From positions 5,938 to 69,937 of IMG/VR virus record IMGVR_UViG_3300027983_000011: a stretch of DNA of 64,000 nucleotides. One strand, written 5' to 3'. Made by a program: the position numbers and the translations under genes. Below the pieces are notes generated by a model, which did not search any database, had not been told where the DNA came from, and worked only from the letters and a program-made list of their open reading frames with translations. The stretch is from a virus. Of the stretch, positions 47,988-57,512 are shown one piece after another. The first letter of the stretch is position 1; each line of letters opens with the position of its first letter.

Positions 47988-49427
47988 ATGAACAACATAA
48001 TGACACAGACTGACAGTTACAAGATGGGTGGACACTGGAATATGTACCCCGCAAACACCAATGGAGTGTATTCATACTTTGAATCCCGTAAAGGGGCAAA
48101 GTTTGACAAGACTCCGTTTTTCGGGCTTCAATACATCATCAAGAAATACCTCGTTGGTATCGTGGTAACACGAGCCAAGATTGAGCAGGCAGCAATGCTG
48201 GCCACGGCTCACTTTGGCAACAGCACCTATTTCAATCGCTCCGGTTGGGAATACATTCTCAAAGCGCACGGCGGCAAGCTGCCCCTTCGCATTAGGGCAG
48301 TGCCCGAAGGGATGCCCGTCACCGTGAATAACATTCTCATGTCGGTGGAGAACACCGACCCAAAGACCCCGTGGTTGACCAACTACGTTGAGTCTTTGCT
48401 AACTCACGTGTGGTATTCGTCTACCGTTGCCGCATTGAGTCGGTCCACCAAGGAAATGTTTACTGAATTCCTCAGTCGCACGAGCGATAATCCGGGTTGC
48501 ATCAACTTCATGTTGCACGATTTTGGATATCGCGGAGCCACGACCGCCGAAGCCGCTGGTATTGGTGGATGTGCTCACATCACTAACTTTCTTGGGACCG
48601 ATACGCTTCCCGCGTTGGAATTCGCCGCCGAATACTATGGTGGCATCTGGGCCGACCGTGCCGGGGAAGACGTCAACCCTTACAGCGGTCTCGCTTACAG
48701 TGTAGCCGCTACCGAGCACAGTGTAATGACTGCATTAGGACCAAAGGGAGAGATCGATATTCTTGAAGACCTTTTAAACAAATACCCAACCGGTATTTTG
48801 AGCGTGGTCTCAGACTCATACGACATTTACAACTTTGTTGAAAACTTTGTGTGTAAGCAGTTCAAAGACCGCATCCTTGCCCGTGATGGTGTATTCGTGG
48901 TTCGCCCTGACAGTATTTCGCCAACCCACCCAACACCGGAAGGTGAAACGTTGTGGATTGTCGAGACGTTGGCCAACAACATGGGCTACACCACCAATAG
49001 CAAGGGCTTCAAGGTTCTCAATCCTAAGACCCGCGTATTGTGGGGCGATGGTATTGATAAGGACGGAATTGAAAAGATTCTCACCACACTTGAGAAGGCC
49101 GGATATTCTTCCGAGAACATGGTCTTCGGTATGGGCGGCGGATTGTTACAGAAGTTGAACCGCGATACTCAGAGTTTTGCATTCAAGTCGAGTGCTCAGA
49201 AGCGTGATGGTAAGTGGCACGACATTTACAAACAGCCTAAGGATTTGTCCAAGGCTTCTAAGCGTGGCAAGTTGAAGTTGTTCAAAGATGGTGATGGATT
49301 CAAAACAGTGAGCAGCAATGACGTCGGCTACAACAACGAAACCGACATTTTGGAGACGGTCTTTGAAGATGGTGACATCATCAAAGAATACACCTTCGAT
49401 GAAGTTAGAAACAATATCAAACTATGA
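47988..49427 (+). CDS. nadV: Nicotinamide phosphoribosyltransferase (NAMPT)
   Basis: TDSYK, YSYFESR, LHDFGYRG, AATEHS, SVVSDSYD, VRPDS, GDGI, FGMGGGLLQKLNRDT. Confidence 0.95.
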   Translation: MNNIMTQTDSYKMGGHWNMYPANTNGVYSYFESRKGAKFDKTPFFGLQYIIKKYLVGIVVTRAKIEQAAMLATAHFGNSTYFNRSGWEYILKAHGGKLPLRIRAVPEGMPVTVNNILMSVENTDPKTPWLTNYVESLLTHVWYSSTVAALSRSTKEMFTEFLSRTSDNPGCINFMLHDFGYRGATTAEAAGIGGCAHITNFLGTDTLPALEFAAEYYGGIWADRAGEDVNPYSGLAYSVAATEHSVMTALGPKGEIDILEDLLNKYPTGILSVVSDSYDIYNFVENFVCKQFKDRILARDGVFVVRPDSISPTHPTPEGETLWIVETLANNMGYTTNSKGFKVLNPKTRVLWGDGIDKDGIEKILTTLEKAGYSSENMVFGMGGGLLQKLNRDTQSFAFKSSAQKRDGKWHDIYKQPKDLSKASKRGKLKLFKDGDGFKTVSSNDVGYNNETDILETVFEDGDIIKEYTFDEVRNNIKL

Positions 49428-49576
49428 AAGCATCAGAAGCAAGACAAATAACAGACAGATGTGAATCACAGGATATCGGTCGCATCATAAAAATACTCGA
49501 ACGTGACGGATACACCGTCAAGCGTGAGTATGGGGACCAGAGAGACCCGTATGACATACTTAAAATATCCTGGTGA
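49424..49576 (+). CDS. Small phage protein (50 aa)
   Basis: MKASEARQIT...DGYTV...LKISW*; ATGA overlap with NAMPT. Confidence 0.5.
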   Translation: MKASEARQITDRCESQDIGRIIKILERDGYTVKREYGDQRDPYDILKISW

Positions 49577-49618
49577 ATTCTATTGACATTTTATAAACGG
49601 TTGGGTATTGTTGTGCTT

Positions 49619-50017
49619 ATGAATCATCAGTCAGATAAATATACACAACTGCTTCTTGAGAATGGATTTAAGCCACTCGACCACGAAAATCATTTCGGGA
49701 AGGGTGGCGTTCCATATGTTTACTATGCTTCACGAAAGCGTGGTACGGTCCATGAGTATGTTTCCCTAATCTATTACATGGAAGAGTTTTGTGAATCTGT
49801 ATACGAACTATACTGTTCAGAAAAAAATACTCGGTCGCCAAAAGGAAACCTAAAAAAGTCTGAATCTGCAAAGCGGGGGTTCACCACGTTGCTGAGTGCT
49901 CTTCCACACACAGTGGAACAACTTCGTGAGTATGTAACTAAGTCAGAAGAAGATACAAAACTATTATCAAACACTCTATTTGAGCATCTGCTCGATTTAG
50001 AGAAAAAGAAAGACTGA
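49619..50017 (+). CDS. Hypothetical protein
   Basis: ATG 7 nt after TTGACA-TTTTATAAA...-TATTGT promoter (49583-49611). Confidence 0.55.
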   Translation: MNHQSDKYTQLLLENGFKPLDHENHFGKGGVPYVYYASRKRGTVHEYVSLIYYMEEFCESVYELYCSEKNTRSPKGNLKKSESAKRGFTTLLSALPHTVEQLREYVTKSEEDTKLLSNTLFEHLLDLEKKKD

Positions 50018-50129
50018 CTATTAAGGGAACGTTATGATGAAAATCGGAGTCGAGAAGTACGGTGAATAACTCCACACAAACCCAGTATCATATTGACTAA
50101 TGGTAGGTTAACTACATAGTTACAGTTAA

Positions 50130-50567
50130 AGGAAGCCAACGAATAAATTTAACATACAAAGAACTTTTAAAGATAAGAAGGAACGCAATTGGGAAAAGAT
50201 TTCCATCTGCGTCGATTTGCACGATGTTGTACTGGAGGGAAAGTTCAATCGATTTAATGAAGGAGCGAATTTTTTTCCGAATGCTGTAAGAGTTTTGAAA
50301 CAGTTTTCGTTTCGCAAAGACATTGTTTTGATTCTATGGACCTCCTCTCACGACGATGCTATGAAAAATATCATTGACCGAATGAGTGGGGAGGGTATTG
50401 AGTTTCGGTATATTAACGAAAATCCAGAATGTCCCAACACTGAACTCTGCAATTTTAATTCTAAATTTTATTTCAACATTCTCCTTGACGATAAGGCGGG
50501 GTTCGAAGGTGAAACCGATTGGTTACTGGTTGAGGAAGAATTTAAGCGTCTGGGTGAATGGGATTAA
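50130..50567 (+). pseudogene. HAD-like phage protein whose start codon appears mutated (AGG)
   Basis: Frame TAA|AGG AAG CCA...KERNWEKISICVDLHDVV...LILWTSS...INENP...ILLDDKAGF; motif I Asp lies upstream of the TTG used by the ORF track. Confidence 0.55.
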
Positions 50568-51106
50568 TTATATCCAAGTCGGTTAAACATTACATGAAAA
50601 ATAGGACATACAACTTTCTTAAAACTTTCTGTTTTGCTTAGCCAAACAATGTTACCAGAGTCTTCTCCGGTAGCTTCACCCGCGGTCTTGCCAGATACGT
50701 CTAAAGCGTATAAATGGTACATTGTATCACAACTCTTGGTCCCTCTACATGTTCCAAGTGGCTCTAAATCTTTTTCTTCACATTCATATCCACCTTCTTC
50801 TTTCAATTCCTTAATAGCTGCTTGAATTGGCGTGTCTCCCTCATCTACTCCACCCGTTAACGAGCTAATTTCCGCTTGTCCACCCCAACATGGAGTCTTT
50901 TCTTTTCTAACACCGTATTTCCAACTATCTAGACCGTTTCTTTCATACAATAGAACTGCTATAATATTTCCATTACACCGTGTTTCATGACTATAAACGT
51001 AGGTTTCTCCATCTGGAGTATCCTTGCTCATCAAAGAAACCCAATCATTTTTATAAAGTACCTTTTCTCCAGATACATCTTCACGGAGTAAATTTTTTAA
51101 TAACAT
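50564..51106 (-). CDS. Nudix hydrolase
   Basis: GGVDEGDTPIQAAIKELKEEGGY Nudix box. Confidence 0.85.
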   Translation of the reverse strand: MLLKNLLREDVSGEKVLYKNDWVSLMSKDTPDGETYVYSHETRCNGNIIAVLLYERNGLDSWKYGVRKEKTPCWGGQAEISSLTGGVDEGDTPIQAAIKELKEEGGYECEEKDLEPLGTCRGTKSCDTMYHLYALDVSGKTAGEATGEDSGNIVWLSKTESFKKVVCPIFHVMFNRLGYN

Positions 51107-51107
51107 A

Positions 51108-51827
51108 TTATACCTTATTTCTAGTTTCGTGTAGAGTCATTTCTTCGTCATAAATCTTGGCTGAATATGATTTCATGACATCTAACAATCCCTGTGCCCT
51201 TAAAATTTTGAAGACTAGATTTTCAGTAGAAAACTCTCCCTTTTTATCCAAACCAGCTTGACGAAATTTATACAATTTTGCCAGGATGATTCGTAACTCA
51301 TCGTCATCTTTGCTATTTATGGCTTTCTCAATTTCACCCTTTAGTAATGTATACTTTTTCTTAATTAGCGGCTTGTCAAACTTGATGGTTTTTCTTACTG
51401 GTTTTTTCAGCCAAACTTTATCCTGTACTGAATAAACAGAAACGGATTCTGGCTCCTCGTTAACATTCTGAACATATAGTTCGACGTCATGATCCTTTAC
51501 TTTTATTTCGTGGGACTTATTCCAATTTGTCTTGATTGCCGTGAGCATAATCCCCGCATATTTTTCATCCATGTCGAGTTCGTCATAATCTACAACGACG
51601 TGTAAATCCAAATCAGAATACGGGGTCCAATTGTAGTTTGTTCCTGAGCCAATTAAAATAACATCTTGGATTCTTAAAGATAATTCTGCTTCGGCCAGAT
51701 ACTCATTGATAAAGTCTTCAACAATCTGCATGAGACGTTCTTGAACATCCGCCTTCATTACATACTCTTCATCCTTTTTGTCCCAAATATCGGGACACAA
51801 TTCGTCATTGTAAAGTGGATATTTCAT
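51108..51827 (-). CDS. Pol-beta superfamily nucleotidyltransferase
   Basis: GSGTNYNWTPYSDLDLH (GS..DxD), DVELYVQ, GEFSTENLVFKILR. Confidence 0.8.
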   Translation of the reverse strand: MKYPLYNDELCPDIWDKKDEEYVMKADVQERLMQIVEDFINEYLAEAELSLRIQDVILIGSGTNYNWTPYSDLDLHVVVDYDELDMDEKYAGIMLTAIKTNWNKSHEIKVKDHDVELYVQNVNEEPESVSVYSVQDKVWLKKPVRKTIKFDKPLIKKKYTLLKGEIEKAINSKDDDELRIILAKLYKFRQAGLDKKGEFSTENLVFKILRAQGLLDVMKSYSAKIYDEEMTLHETRNKV

Positions 51828-52402
51828 ACATCTAATTCATTAAGAGCACGAATGCTGCTTGCAGCATCTCTGTGTAGAATCGCTAAATAGTTTTCTCCAG
51901 CAGCGTTCCAAGCGTCTATATTTTTTGGGGTATCGTCTACTAAAATGTGTCGAGTGTTTGGTTGATCGATAACAAACTGTGGTTTCTTTATTCCACCCGG
52001 AGCTAGGATTACTGTAATATTTTGGCCGATGTGGGTCTTAATCCACTGAGTCTTTCCGTTCAAGATGCCGGTACCCTGGCCAGCAGATAGGACAACCGGT
52101 GCTGGATTAGTATATTTCTTTTTGACATAGTTCCACAGTACCATGGCGTCAGGCATCGGGTCGAGATTGACCCAAAAATCAGGAACAGAACTAATCAATT
52201 TCCAAAACTTTTTTCGAGCAATTTTTTCATCCCCGCCGCACATCGGTGCATCTTTAAAATTACGAGGAGAGAAGCCACCGGACAGTTTCTTAAATCCCTT
52301 ATCTATATCGACAAGTACACCGTCCATGTCCATGTAAATTTGTGTCTTTAACGGGTTACCCTGTTCAATTTCGTTTATTATATTTCTTAGTAGTATACTC
52401 AT
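51824..52402 (-). CDS. HAD-family 5'(3')-deoxyribonucleotidase-like protein
   Basis: YMDMDGVLVD, FW.NL.PMPDA, VLSA, GK..WI, LVDDTPKNI..W. Confidence 0.82.
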   Translation of the reverse strand: MSILLRNIINEIEQGNPLKTQIYMDMDGVLVDIDKGFKKLSGGFSPRNFKDAPMCGGDEKIARKKFWKLISSVPDFWVNLDPMPDAMVLWNYVKKKYTNPAPVVLSAGQGTGILNGKTQWIKTHIGQNITVILAPGGIKKPQFVIDQPNTRHILVDDTPKNIDAWNAAGENYLAILHRDAASSIRALNELDV

Positions 52403-52414
52403 CCTTTATAAATA

Positions 52415-53215
52415 TCAGATTTTCATTCGATTGTCCAATCTTTTCTTGGATTTTTCCCACCCAACTTCAACTATATACCCCGCTTTACGGAGGCGATCAA
52501 TCCGGATAGCATCTTTCGACCAACGCTCCGAAGCGAACATTTTAAGAGATTTGTTATAATAATCGGAAAAACACTTAGCAGGATTGCAATGCCAATAATC
52601 CCCAAAACACTCAACTACCTTATTGATAGACGGTATGTAGATATCAACAGCTACTCTGACATCTTCTAAATATTTTTCGAGTTGGGCGTCTGGATAATTT
52701 TTAAGAATTTCGTCGTAAATTCGCCTCTGAAATTTAGACACTCGCTTTCCATTAGATTTGATACCATGTGGTGAATCGAGGAAACAAGCGGTTCCATATT
52801 TAGTCAAGCATGTCTGAACAGTTTTCTCCTGATTATTACACTGAACATCACCATAACGTTTTAATTTAGTCTCTGATATTTTGAGGCGAGACTTTTCACT
52901 ACGCATGGGTTGATTTTTAATTGTCCAATCTCTAGCCTTTTCTCTATGATTGTCAGATTTGGCCGCACAGTCTTGCGAACAATATTGTGGAGGCAGATTG
53001 CTCCGATAATGTTTTTCACGCTTTCTTCTACTAAACATCTTTCTGCAATGTTTACATGGTACGGTTTCGTGATTCTGAGATTTTCTCCATTCATACATTG
53101 CCTCTCTATCTATAAATCTCTGTTTGCGGTGCTTCCAATCGGTTGTGAATTTATTTCCTGTCCACTCACAAATTTTTTCTACTGCCGCCGGGTTTCCATG
53201 GGATGTTATACTCAT
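52415..53215 (-). CDS. Vsr-like/DUF559 homing endonuclease with N-terminal zinc motifs
   Basis: CKHC...YCSQDC, KYG repeats, VDIYIP..NKVVECFGDYWHCNP, GYIVEVGWE. Confidence 0.78.
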   Translation of the reverse strand: MSITSHGNPAAVEKICEWTGNKFTTDWKHRKQRFIDREAMYEWRKSQNHETVPCKHCRKMFSRRKREKHYRSNLPPQYCSQDCAAKSDNHREKARDWTIKNQPMRSEKSRLKISETKLKRYGDVQCNNQEKTVQTCLTKYGTACFLDSPHGIKSNGKRVSKFQRRIYDEILKNYPDAQLEKYLEDVRVAVDIYIPSINKVVECFGDYWHCNPAKCFSDYYNKSLKMFASERWSKDAIRIDRLRKAGYIVEVGWEKSKKRLDNRMKI

Positions 53216-53299
53216 ACCCTATAAGTATAAACTTAAAATCCAAAAATGGCAAAAAGAAACCCAATTTTTCAATTGGGTAACTCGTTGAATTATAATACG

Positions 53300-56284
53300 T
53301 TACGCTGTTGGGAACACAGCACCTGTGGGCAATACGTTGAAATCCAGTACGATGAACTCAGCGGTACGCGATGGTTTCAAGTAGATTTGCCCGTAGAGGA
53401 TACCACGGTCAACCATGTCTGGAGTGTTATTAGTATCATCCATTACAACCTTGAAGGCGTATAGACCACTACGTTGTTGAACTGATTCCAAGTAAGGGTT
53501 GACGATACTTAGGAAACGGTTACGTGTTGCCGATACGTTCTGTTCGAATACAAGGAAACGTGAAGACGATGCGATGTATTTCTTGAGAGCAATCATCAAA
53601 CGACGAACGCTTACACGGTCGAGAGCCGATGGACTACGTTGAAGTGTTTTTTGACCCCAAGCCACGATACCTTGACCAGGGAAAGCGGCGATTGGGTTGA
53701 CCTTACCTTCGTAAAGTCCATCACGCTCAACGTGTGTTAGACGGTCAACAACTTGAACAGCGGCTGGGATGCCACCACGGTTGAGACCAGCTGGTGCGAA
53801 CCACTCTGCAGCAACCGCGTCATTGGCAGCGTAAACAGCCATCATAACAACGGAAGGAGGTGAAGCGATAATCTTATTTGTGTTCGTGTCCTTGATTTTC
53901 ACCCATGGGTAATAAGTAGCAGCGTAATTCGTATCGAACTCACTTGCCAAATCAACTGCGTTCAACTGTGAGGACTCTCCAGCCAATTGGTTAGGAGCGA
54001 TATCAAAGATATAGAACGCATCTCCACGATTTTCACACATTTCAACCGTTAGGTTAACGACGTATGGGTGTTGCTCGTAGTTAACACCTGGTGTGGTGAT
54101 AAGATTGAAATCGTATTCATCAGAATTACTTAGAGCAGCAATCGCTTGACGATATCCATAGGTTCCACGAGAAACGTTGGTAGAACAATCAAGTCCTTGT
54201 TGGTTAGTGGAGAGTATGTCATCTCCACTGAGAACAGGAAGAGATGGGCTCTGACCGTCAAAGCCGCCTTGGAAACCAAGAACGAAGCGGCGTTTCTTAA
54301 CTGTAGTTGATTCGGTAGAAGCAACGTATAGTGGGGAAACTCCACAATCGTCTTCCAAGTCGAAAGCGTCATTTGAAGCGGCGCTTGCACCTTGTGGGAT
54401 TGGAGCGAAGTATTGTTTGTTGTCACGTTCAGGTCCAACGGCGGAGCCAGAAGGATAGAGGGCCAACAGAGTAGCGTCCGCGTCCGAAGGAGCTGGATTG
54501 AACAATACGCCGGAAGTCCAACGACCAGGTTGTAGTAAATAAGTTGAAGCGGAGCTGTATGCCATCTTCGGAAGAACACCTCGGCGAGCGTATTCTCCAC
54601 CTGTTGGTGAAGCGTAAGCAGCGAATCCGAATGGAAGGGAGTCTGTTGGCCAAGGAGCAACGGCTGTTTCAATACGAATCAACTTGCTCTTGTTAGCATA
54701 ACTTCCGAAACTTAGAACCTTACCGTTATAATCGATGTATGAATAAGTGTCACCGATACGACGGGCAACAAAGTCCGAAGAATCTGGATTCAAGTTTAGG
54801 TTATCAAACTTTTCCAAGACGATTGGACGCTTGTCTGTATCCGTGTAAGAACGGAGGATAAGAGAGAACGTGCCGTAATCTGAACCTGGGATTGAACCAG
54901 CCGACTTTACGTTAGCGATTTCAACCTTATAGGTTGTGTTCATATCAGTTCCGTCACCGGCGGTGTGAACCTTGAACAATTGGTAGTGGTAAGAACCTGT
55001 TCCACCTGTTGAACCTGCCCAATTTGCTACTGCCTGAGATTGAATCCAAGGTGTGTAAGCGTTGGTTAGGTCGTATGTAGAAGTACCGACATCAGGTGTG
55101 ATACCGTCAGAGAACGAGAGAGCGTCACGAGTTTGAACTTGAATCTTCCAACTTCCGGAAGCAAGTAACTCAGTCATGACCGTAGCCATCTTGTCGTCGA
55201 ATACGTTATAGATGTAAGCAGCTTCAATTTTTGCTCCAGCAGGAACAGCTACATATCCAGCTTGTGGATTATCACCAAATACATTCGAAATGTATGCGGA
55301 ACTTTCTCCATCGATGGAGAAATCATATGTTCCATAGCTTGAAGTTACGTTATTATCATCTTTGGTGTTGAGGACCAAACGATATGAGGTTGTCACATCG
55401 GTTGTAATTGATGGGGTTAACACCGAACCACTGAATCCGTCGAGGTTTTGTCCACGGTCGAGTGCGGTATTAGCCAATACAGCCAATACAACTTCGTCAC
55501 TTCCTATGGAAGCAGTCAAGCCGCCACACGCGTCTTCGATAGAAATTCCTATATTAGCTTCCCAGGTGCTTGTATTAAATTTACCATATTCTCCTGTAAT
55601 CCATCCTACAACGGAGGCTTCGGTTGCACATGCACTAACAGAGGTTATTTCAACGGAACCGCTGAATGAGATTGCTTTGTTGGCAGCGTGTGGGAGATAT
55701 GATACCGACATTGTTGGTGAACCAACTAAGTTACCAGCGACGAAAGATGAACCTGTGTAGTTAGTAGCACTAATTTGTGCGGCAAAGGTTCCAACTACAA
55801 TTGTCTCTCCGGCGTAAACACCATCAACAAATGTAGCACTTAGTGTTCCGGTGATATCAAATACATCAGCGCCGTTCGATTGGCTAATAACTGTTCCAAT
55901 GGACTTGCCTGTGAACGAACTACTTTCAGTAAAGCGGTCTTGTGTTCCAGGGATAGCTGTGACGAATAGAGCAGCACTCTGCGTATAACCGGCAAGACCA
56001 CCAACACGAACAATCGTTACTTCACCTTGTTGACGAATGTATTGTTGAGCGGTATAAGGGCCATATAGTTTGCCGTCGGGATCACCAAAGATACTGGTGA
56101 GGTCAGCTTCACTACGGATTACGGTTGGGGTGAAACCAGGTCCTTTTGGGAAAGGAGCGACGACTACGCCGCCAATCTGCTCAATTCCTTGAGCGAGATA
56201 TGATGAATCAATCTCCTTTGTGAAAACGCCTGGTGAAACGATGCGTTCGGATGGGCTATATTTGCCGTTTTGTTCTAATGCCAT
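53300..56284 (-). CDS. Contractile tail sheath protein (gp18-like)
   Basis: SPGVFTKEID, YAATYYPW, WFAPAGLNRG, VNPI..FPGQG..WGQKTLQ..SALDRV.VRRL, FEQN, AEFIVLDF. Confidence 0.95.
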   Translation of the reverse strand: MALEQNGKYSPSERIVSPGVFTKEIDSSYLAQGIEQIGGVVVAPFPKGPGFTPTVIRSEADLTSIFGDPDGKLYGPYTAQQYIRQQGEVTIVRVGGLAGYTQSAALFVTAIPGTQDRFTESSSFTGKSIGTVISQSNGADVFDITGTLSATFVDGVYAGETIVVGTFAAQISATNYTGSSFVAGNLVGSPTMSVSYLPHAANKAISFSGSVEITSVSACATEASVVGWITGEYGKFNTSTWEANIGISIEDACGGLTASIGSDEVVLAVLANTALDRGQNLDGFSGSVLTPSITTDVTTSYRLVLNTKDDNNVTSSYGTYDFSIDGESSAYISNVFGDNPQAGYVAVPAGAKIEAAYIYNVFDDKMATVMTELLASGSWKIQVQTRDALSFSDGITPDVGTSTYDLTNAYTPWIQSQAVANWAGSTGGTGSYHYQLFKVHTAGDGTDMNTTYKVEIANVKSAGSIPGSDYGTFSLILRSYTDTDKRPIVLEKFDNLNLNPDSSDFVARRIGDTYSYIDYNGKVLSFGSYANKSKLIRIETAVAPWPTDSLPFGFAAYASPTGGEYARRGVLPKMAYSSASTYLLQPGRWTSGVLFNPAPSDADATLLALYPSGSAVGPERDNKQYFAPIPQGASAASNDAFDLEDDCGVSPLYVASTESTTVKKRRFVLGFQGGFDGQSPSLPVLSGDDILSTNQQGLDCSTNVSRGTYGYRQAIAALSNSDEYDFNLITTPGVNYEQHPYVVNLTVEMCENRGDAFYIFDIAPNQLAGESSQLNAVDLASEFDTNYAATYYPWVKIKDTNTNKIIASPPSVVMMAVYAANDAVAAEWFAPAGLNRGGIPAAVQVVDRLTHVERDGLYEGKVNPIAAFPGQGIVAWGQKTLQRSPSALDRVSVRRLMIALKKYIASSSRFLVFEQNVSATRNRFLSIVNPYLESVQQRSGLYAFKVVMDDTNNTPDMVDRGILYGQIYLKPSRTAEFIVLDFNVLPTGAVFPTA

Positions 56285-56376
56285 AGTGTTGTATTCTCCT
56301 GTTAAATGTCAGAAATAAAAAGTCTATCTATAAATATGAGTTATTTTTTCAAAACATGTAAAATGTCAAAAAATTA

Positions 56377-56396
56377 GGGAGATGCGAGCATCTCCC
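56377..56396 (-). terminator. Terminator-like hairpin
   Basis: GGGAGATGC-GA-GCATCTCCC followed on the minus strand by TAATTTTTT. Confidence 0.65.
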
Positions 56397-56421
56397 CAAT
56401 TTCAATATAACCAATGACAAA

Positions 56422-56694
56422 TTAGACTTTTTTAGGTGCCGGTGTGAATATCCCTGACTGTGGATCGAGCTGACCTTCTCCATATCGGGCAACAATCTTG
56501 TCGAGGAACTCTCGCTCACGCGTTTGAAGAGCAGCGTGTTCAGCGTCTTGTTTCTTTTCAGCCGATTCCAATTGCTTCTTCTGAAGGGTAATATTACCAT
56601 AAACCATGGTAATCTGGCTGTATGAATCTCTAATAGCGGCGACCTCAGCTAACTCAGCTTCGTCGAATTTAATAGGTTGTGGTGTATTTTCCAT
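56422..56694 (-). CDS. Small coiled-coil protein
   Basis: Coiled coil then RYGEGQLDPQSGIF; immediately upstream of sheath. Confidence 0.65.
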   Translation of the reverse strand: MENTPQPIKFDEAELAEVAAIRDSYSQITMVYGNITLQKKQLESAEKKQDAEHAALQTREREFLDKIVARYGEGQLDPQSGIFTPAPKKV

Positions 56695-56735
56695 AATGTG
56701 TATGTATATATAGGTATTATAATTAAAAAACAGTG

Positions 56736-57512
56736 TTAAAAGCCTAAATTCTTTTGGCGAACAAAACCCAAGTCATAAGTTGTTTGAGATATTGGTTTAT
56801 CGCCAAAGGGTAGTATCGATGGAGAACAGTATCTCCAATCTGGCCCCCACTTCTTGTCAAGGTACTCAATGTTCTTACGAGTTACATCGTTTAACTTCTC
56901 ATATAATTCCGGATTTGTTCTTGTCGTTTGCCTTCCTTCGGAAGAATATTGAGTTTCGTCGCCGTTACCATGAAGATAACCAGCTTTCAAAGACATAATC
57001 TTCTTTATGGGCTGGTGAACGAACCTAAGAAAATAGTCGGAATCCTCACAATACGCCGGATATAGATTTTCATCAAATAGTCCAAATAGCTGAATAATAC
57101 TGTCTCTGATAAGGAATAGATCCCAGCTTCCGACATCGAATTCGCCTTCATGTGCATGGATGAGTCCAACTTCTGGATCAGCCTCCGCCGCTTCATACAT
57201 TTCCTTTAAAAGACCTGGACCGAACGCAACGTCGTCATTTACAATAACCCAATATGGGCAATTCATATAACATTTGATAATCAAATTCCACGCTCCAGAA
57301 ACTCCCACATTCGATGGCATGTGAGACACCACAATGTTTTTTATAAATTTGTGTTTGATTTTTTTTAATAAATCGAGTTGTTCATCTAACTCACCCTTCC
57401 CATTATTATCGATGATTACAAAGGTGTCCACGGGAAAATCAACACTCATTAGTAGCCGGGTCACCCAATACGCACTATTTACAACAGCCGTTCCTATTAC
57501 TGGTATACTCAT
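56736..57512 (-). CDS. GT2-family glycosyltransferase
   Basis: IIDN, NVGVSGAWN, VNDD (DxD-like), GLFDENLYPAYCEDSDY. Confidence 0.85.
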   Translation of the reverse strand: MSIPVIGTAVVNSAYWVTRLLMSVDFPVDTFVIIDNNGKGELDEQLDLLKKIKHKFIKNIVVSHMPSNVGVSGAWNLIIKCYMNCPYWVIVNDDVAFGPGLLKEMYEAAEADPEVGLIHAHEGEFDVGSWDLFLIRDSIIQLFGLFDENLYPAYCEDSDYFLRFVHQPIKKIMSLKAGYLHGNGDETQYSSEGRQTTRTNPELYEKLNDVTRKNIEYLDKKWGPDWRYCSPSILPFGDKPISQTTYDLGFVRQKNLGF

